A DNA stretch of 61,622 bases, the filler included. It is 5 parts of 5 records of this genome, joined end to end, with 100 filler letters (N's around TTAATTAATTAA, not from the genome) between each part and the next. Parts side by side here need not be neighbours in the genome. Positions count along the whole stretch, not along the records: positions 56,569 to 61,622 come from SRR31156797_10565; 4 more parts are not named here. One strand, 5' to 3'. Below are positions 59,293 to 61,622 of this stretch, in pieces. How positions within the stretch are numbered: the stretch's first letter is position 1; each line of letters starts with the position of its first letter. The position numbers and the translations under genes were made by a program. Under the pieces are notes generated by a model that was not told the origin of the DNA, made no database searches, and was given only the letters and a program-made list of their open reading frames with translations.

Positions 59293-60687
59293 ATTTTAAA
59301 AAAATTTGTTCTTCTCATTTTTTTACAATTAGCATTTTCTTCACTAGCTTTAGGTGACTTAACTGATACTTACAATTCTGCAAGAATGAGTTACCTAAAA
59401 GCTGTTCTAAACAATAATAAAGACAGCGAAATAAAAAACTTAAAAACTATTATTTCTACAGGTAAAAAGCTTAATAAAGATGTTTCAAAATATGAAAAAG
59501 AATTAAAAAAATATAATGGTCATGTTTCATCTATAAAAAAAATTGAACCTATAAAAACTATTTCACCCAAAAAAATCGAACCAGTAAAAAAGATAAATAA
59601 AGCTAAAAAAATAGATACTACTTTTAAATCAAATAGCAAAAATACAATTAAATCTGTTGTTGATAGAGACAATATGATTATTATAGAATTCAATACAAAT
59701 ATTACAAAAAGATTTATTAACTTTAAAGAAAACTACGCTAGTAGTGGTCACCAAGACATATATGATATAAAGGGTTTCTTTAAAGATGCATATCCTACTA
59801 AACTAAAAATAAATGGTGTTAGACAAATTTTAATTAAACAAATGGATGATTCTACACTAAGAATATTGTTTGAAGACAATAGAAATCTAAAAACAATATA
59901 TTTTATAAATAAAAATAAACTAGTGTTAAAAGTGCTAGATGCAAAAAAAGGTATAAAAAATACTACGAAAAAAACTCAAACTCAAACTCAATATAAACCT
60001 GGGAAAAATAGAGTTATTGTTTTAGACGCAGGACATGGTGGAAAAGATTCAGGTGCAATTGGAAGTGGCAAAAAAATGTATGAGAAGTATGCTGTTTTTA
60101 GTGTAATGAAATACTTAGAATCTGTTTTAAAACAAAGAGGTTATAAAGTATATCTTACTAGAAATAGTGATAAATTTATTAAAGTTAGACATAGAACAGT
60201 TTTAGCAAATAAAAAACATGCAGATATATTTATCTCAATTCATGCAAATGCAGCTCATAAATCAAAAATTCATAAACTTCAAGGTATCGAAACATTCTTC
60301 TTAAGTCCCGCAAGAAGTGCAAGAGCAAAAAGAGTTGCTGCATTAGAGAACAAGTCAGATATAAGAAAAATGAGTGGTTCAAGTAAAAAAGCCTTTTTAG
60401 AATCTTTAAATAGACCAAGAATTACAGCTTCACATAAATTATCTATTGATATTCAAAGAAATATGCTTTATAAAGCTAGACAACAATACAAAGATGTTGT
60501 TGACAGTGGTGTAAGAGAAGGACCATTTTGGGTACTTGTTGGAGCACAAATGCCATCTGTCCTAATAGAAATTGGGTATATTACACATCCTAAAGAGGGT
60601 AAAAGATTATTTAGAAAGAATTATCAAGAAGCATTAGCAATAGGAATTGCTAACGGTGTTGATTCTTATTTTGCAAAAAACCCTTAA
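59293..60687 (+). CDS. amiA: N-acetylmuramoyl-L-alanine amidase (Amidase_3); the frame extends 5' of the first ATG (59386)
   Basis: LDAGHGGKD, EK, FISIHAN, MPSVLIEIGY; in-frame signal peptide upstream of the ATG. Confidence 0.92.
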   Translation: MLKKFVLLIFLQLAFSSLALGDLTDTYNSARMSYLKAVLNNNKDSEIKNLKTIISTGKKLNKDVSKYEKELKKYNGHVSSIKKIEPIKTISPKKIEPVKKINKAKKIDTTFKSNSKNTIKSVVDRDNMIIIEFNTNITKRFINFKENYASSGHQDIYDIKGFFKDAYPTKLKINGVRQILIKQMDDSTLRILFEDNRNLKTIYFINKNKLVLKVLDAKKGIKNTTKKTQTQTQYKPGKNRVIVLDAGHGGKDSGAIGSGKKMYEKYAVFSVMKYLESVLKQRGYKVYLTRNSDKFIKVRHRTVLANKKHADIFISIHANAAHKSKIHKLQGIETFFLSPARSARAKRVAALENKSDIRKMSGSSKKAFLESLNRPRITASHKLSIDIQRNMLYKARQQYKDVVDSGVREGPFWVLVGAQMPSVLIEIGYITHPKEGKRLFRKNYQEALAIGIANGVDSYFAKNP

Positions 60688-61093
60688 TTTTTTTGATTAA
60701 GTCTTTTTGCTTTTTCTTTATTGAAGGTAGGTTTTCTATATCAAAAAATTTAACTTTTGAGTTTTCCCAAGATAGATAATTATCTAAAAGCTTATCTTCA
60801 AAAAAATACGATCTTGCATAAGGGATTTTATCAATATTTATTAACCAAACACCAATATTTTTTTCAGAGTTTTTTTGTTCAAAATACTCTTCATACAGAT
60901 AAGTATTCACTTTGATTGAACACTCTTCATGAAACTCTCTTCTAGCACACTCTTTAGCATTTTCAGAAGCTAACTTAACACCTTTTAAACATCCCCATTT
61001 ATCTAAGCTTTTCACAGACTTACACAATAGTATTTTTGTTTTGTCTTTTTCTATTTTATAAAGTACTACTCCGTATGCTTCTACTTTATCCAT
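60650..61093 (-). CDS. Nudix hydrolase
   Basis: Nudix box G-VKLAS-E-NAKECAR-REFHEE. Confidence 0.85.
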   Translation of the reverse strand: MDKVEAYGVVLYKIEKDKTKILLCKSVKSLDKWGCLKGVKLASENAKECARREFHEECSIKVNTYLYEEYFEQKNSEKNIGVWLINIDKIPYARSYFFEDKLLDNYLSWENSKVKFFDIENLPSIKKKQKDLIKKIKGFLQNKNQHR

Positions 61094-61622
61094 TTAGACC
61101 TACTTTTCTTTTATATACGAAGATTGAGATTGCAAACCACAGCACCATTGGTACAAGAAGTGAAAATTCAGGTTTCATAACTCCACTATTTGAGAATTTA
61201 TAAAGCATAAAAAACACTCCCCAAACTACTAGTGTTGAGAATATAGAAAATGATGTATATGCTCCCATATTAAAGAATCTTCTATTATAAGAAGTAAATG
61301 CAAAGATAAGCATTATCAAGGGTAGAACAAAAAATGGTATAACAACTTCATAATAGATAGCTGCTCTAATTTTATCTGTATTAATATCTTGTTTTGAAAG
61401 TAAAACCAAAGCAGAGATTGCATCAGTAATAGAGAAGTTTGATTTTTCTTCATATACATTATCAAGGATTTTTGGTTTAAACCCATCAAGTGTATTTAGA
61501 AATTTTTCATACCTAATCTCTAGTTTTGTAGAATCAAAATCTAAATATCTTGGTTTTTTCACAACTTTTGCATCAACAACATACCATTTGTCATTTTGGA
61601 AATATGCTTTTTTTGCAATAAT
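61086..61622 (-). CDS. lptG: LptF/LptG-family LPS export permease, C-terminal part
   Basis: FKPKILDNVYE..FSITDA periplasmic end, then three TM helices. Confidence 0.75.
   Translation of the reverse strand: MIAKKAYFQNDKWYVVDAKVVKKPRYLDFDSTKLEIRYEKFLNTLDGFKPKILDNVYEEKSNFSITDAISALVLLSKQDINTDKIRAAIYYEVVIPFFVLPLIMLIFAFTSYNRRFFNMGAYTSFSIFSTLVVWGVFFMLYKFSNSGVMKPEFSLLVPMVLWFAISIFVYKRKVGLNG

Noticed and set aside
59530-59995. KKIEP duplication and TQTQTQ microrepeat in amiA
   Set aside because: Ordinary low-complexity linker sequence.
1-61622. CRISPR arrays, rRNA, tRNA, IS elements, prophage
   Set aside because: None recognised by eye. A tRNAscan/Infernal run would be needed to exclude small RNA genes fully.

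Overview
The window is not one locus. It is five unrelated contigs joined by identical 100-nt linkers (44 N + TTAATTAATTAA + 44 N). Taxonomic labels below are inferred from gene content and composition. (1) 1-22179, Desulfobulbales-like sulfate reducer: the 5' end of sat, a fimT-pilW-pilV-pilX-pilY1 operon, pilSR, a sigma54-driven Geobacter-type split pilin (short PilA-N plus PilA-C-like partner), an ABC module, a TMTC-like TPR glycosyltransferase, a CDP-glycerol glycerophosphotransferase and asnB. (2) 22280-36169, Bacteroidota: TetR plus a heterodimeric ABC transporter, a hemerythrin/LuxR pair, and a cobalamin-riboswitch operon (TonB receptor, PepSY, exported CbiK, BtuF-like, BtuC-like). (3) 36270-46970, Campylobacterota: MFS, TetR-TolC-MFP with a two-gene (split) RND pump, comF, and hisH-[DUF3800 + convergent structured small RNA]-hisA. 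(4) 47071-56468, Desulfobacterales-like: helicase, deaminase, MarR-GNAT, RelBE-type TA, M23 peptidase, a frameshifted sensor kinase and a rearranged or chimeric end. (5) 56569-61622, Campylobacterota core genes: spoT-tyrS-fabX-amiA, Nudix, lptG-like. The best candidate for an undescribed system is the DUF3800 protein plus a ~60-nt antisense RNA with two identical stem-loops, inserted between hisH and hisA. The split pilin locus is second.
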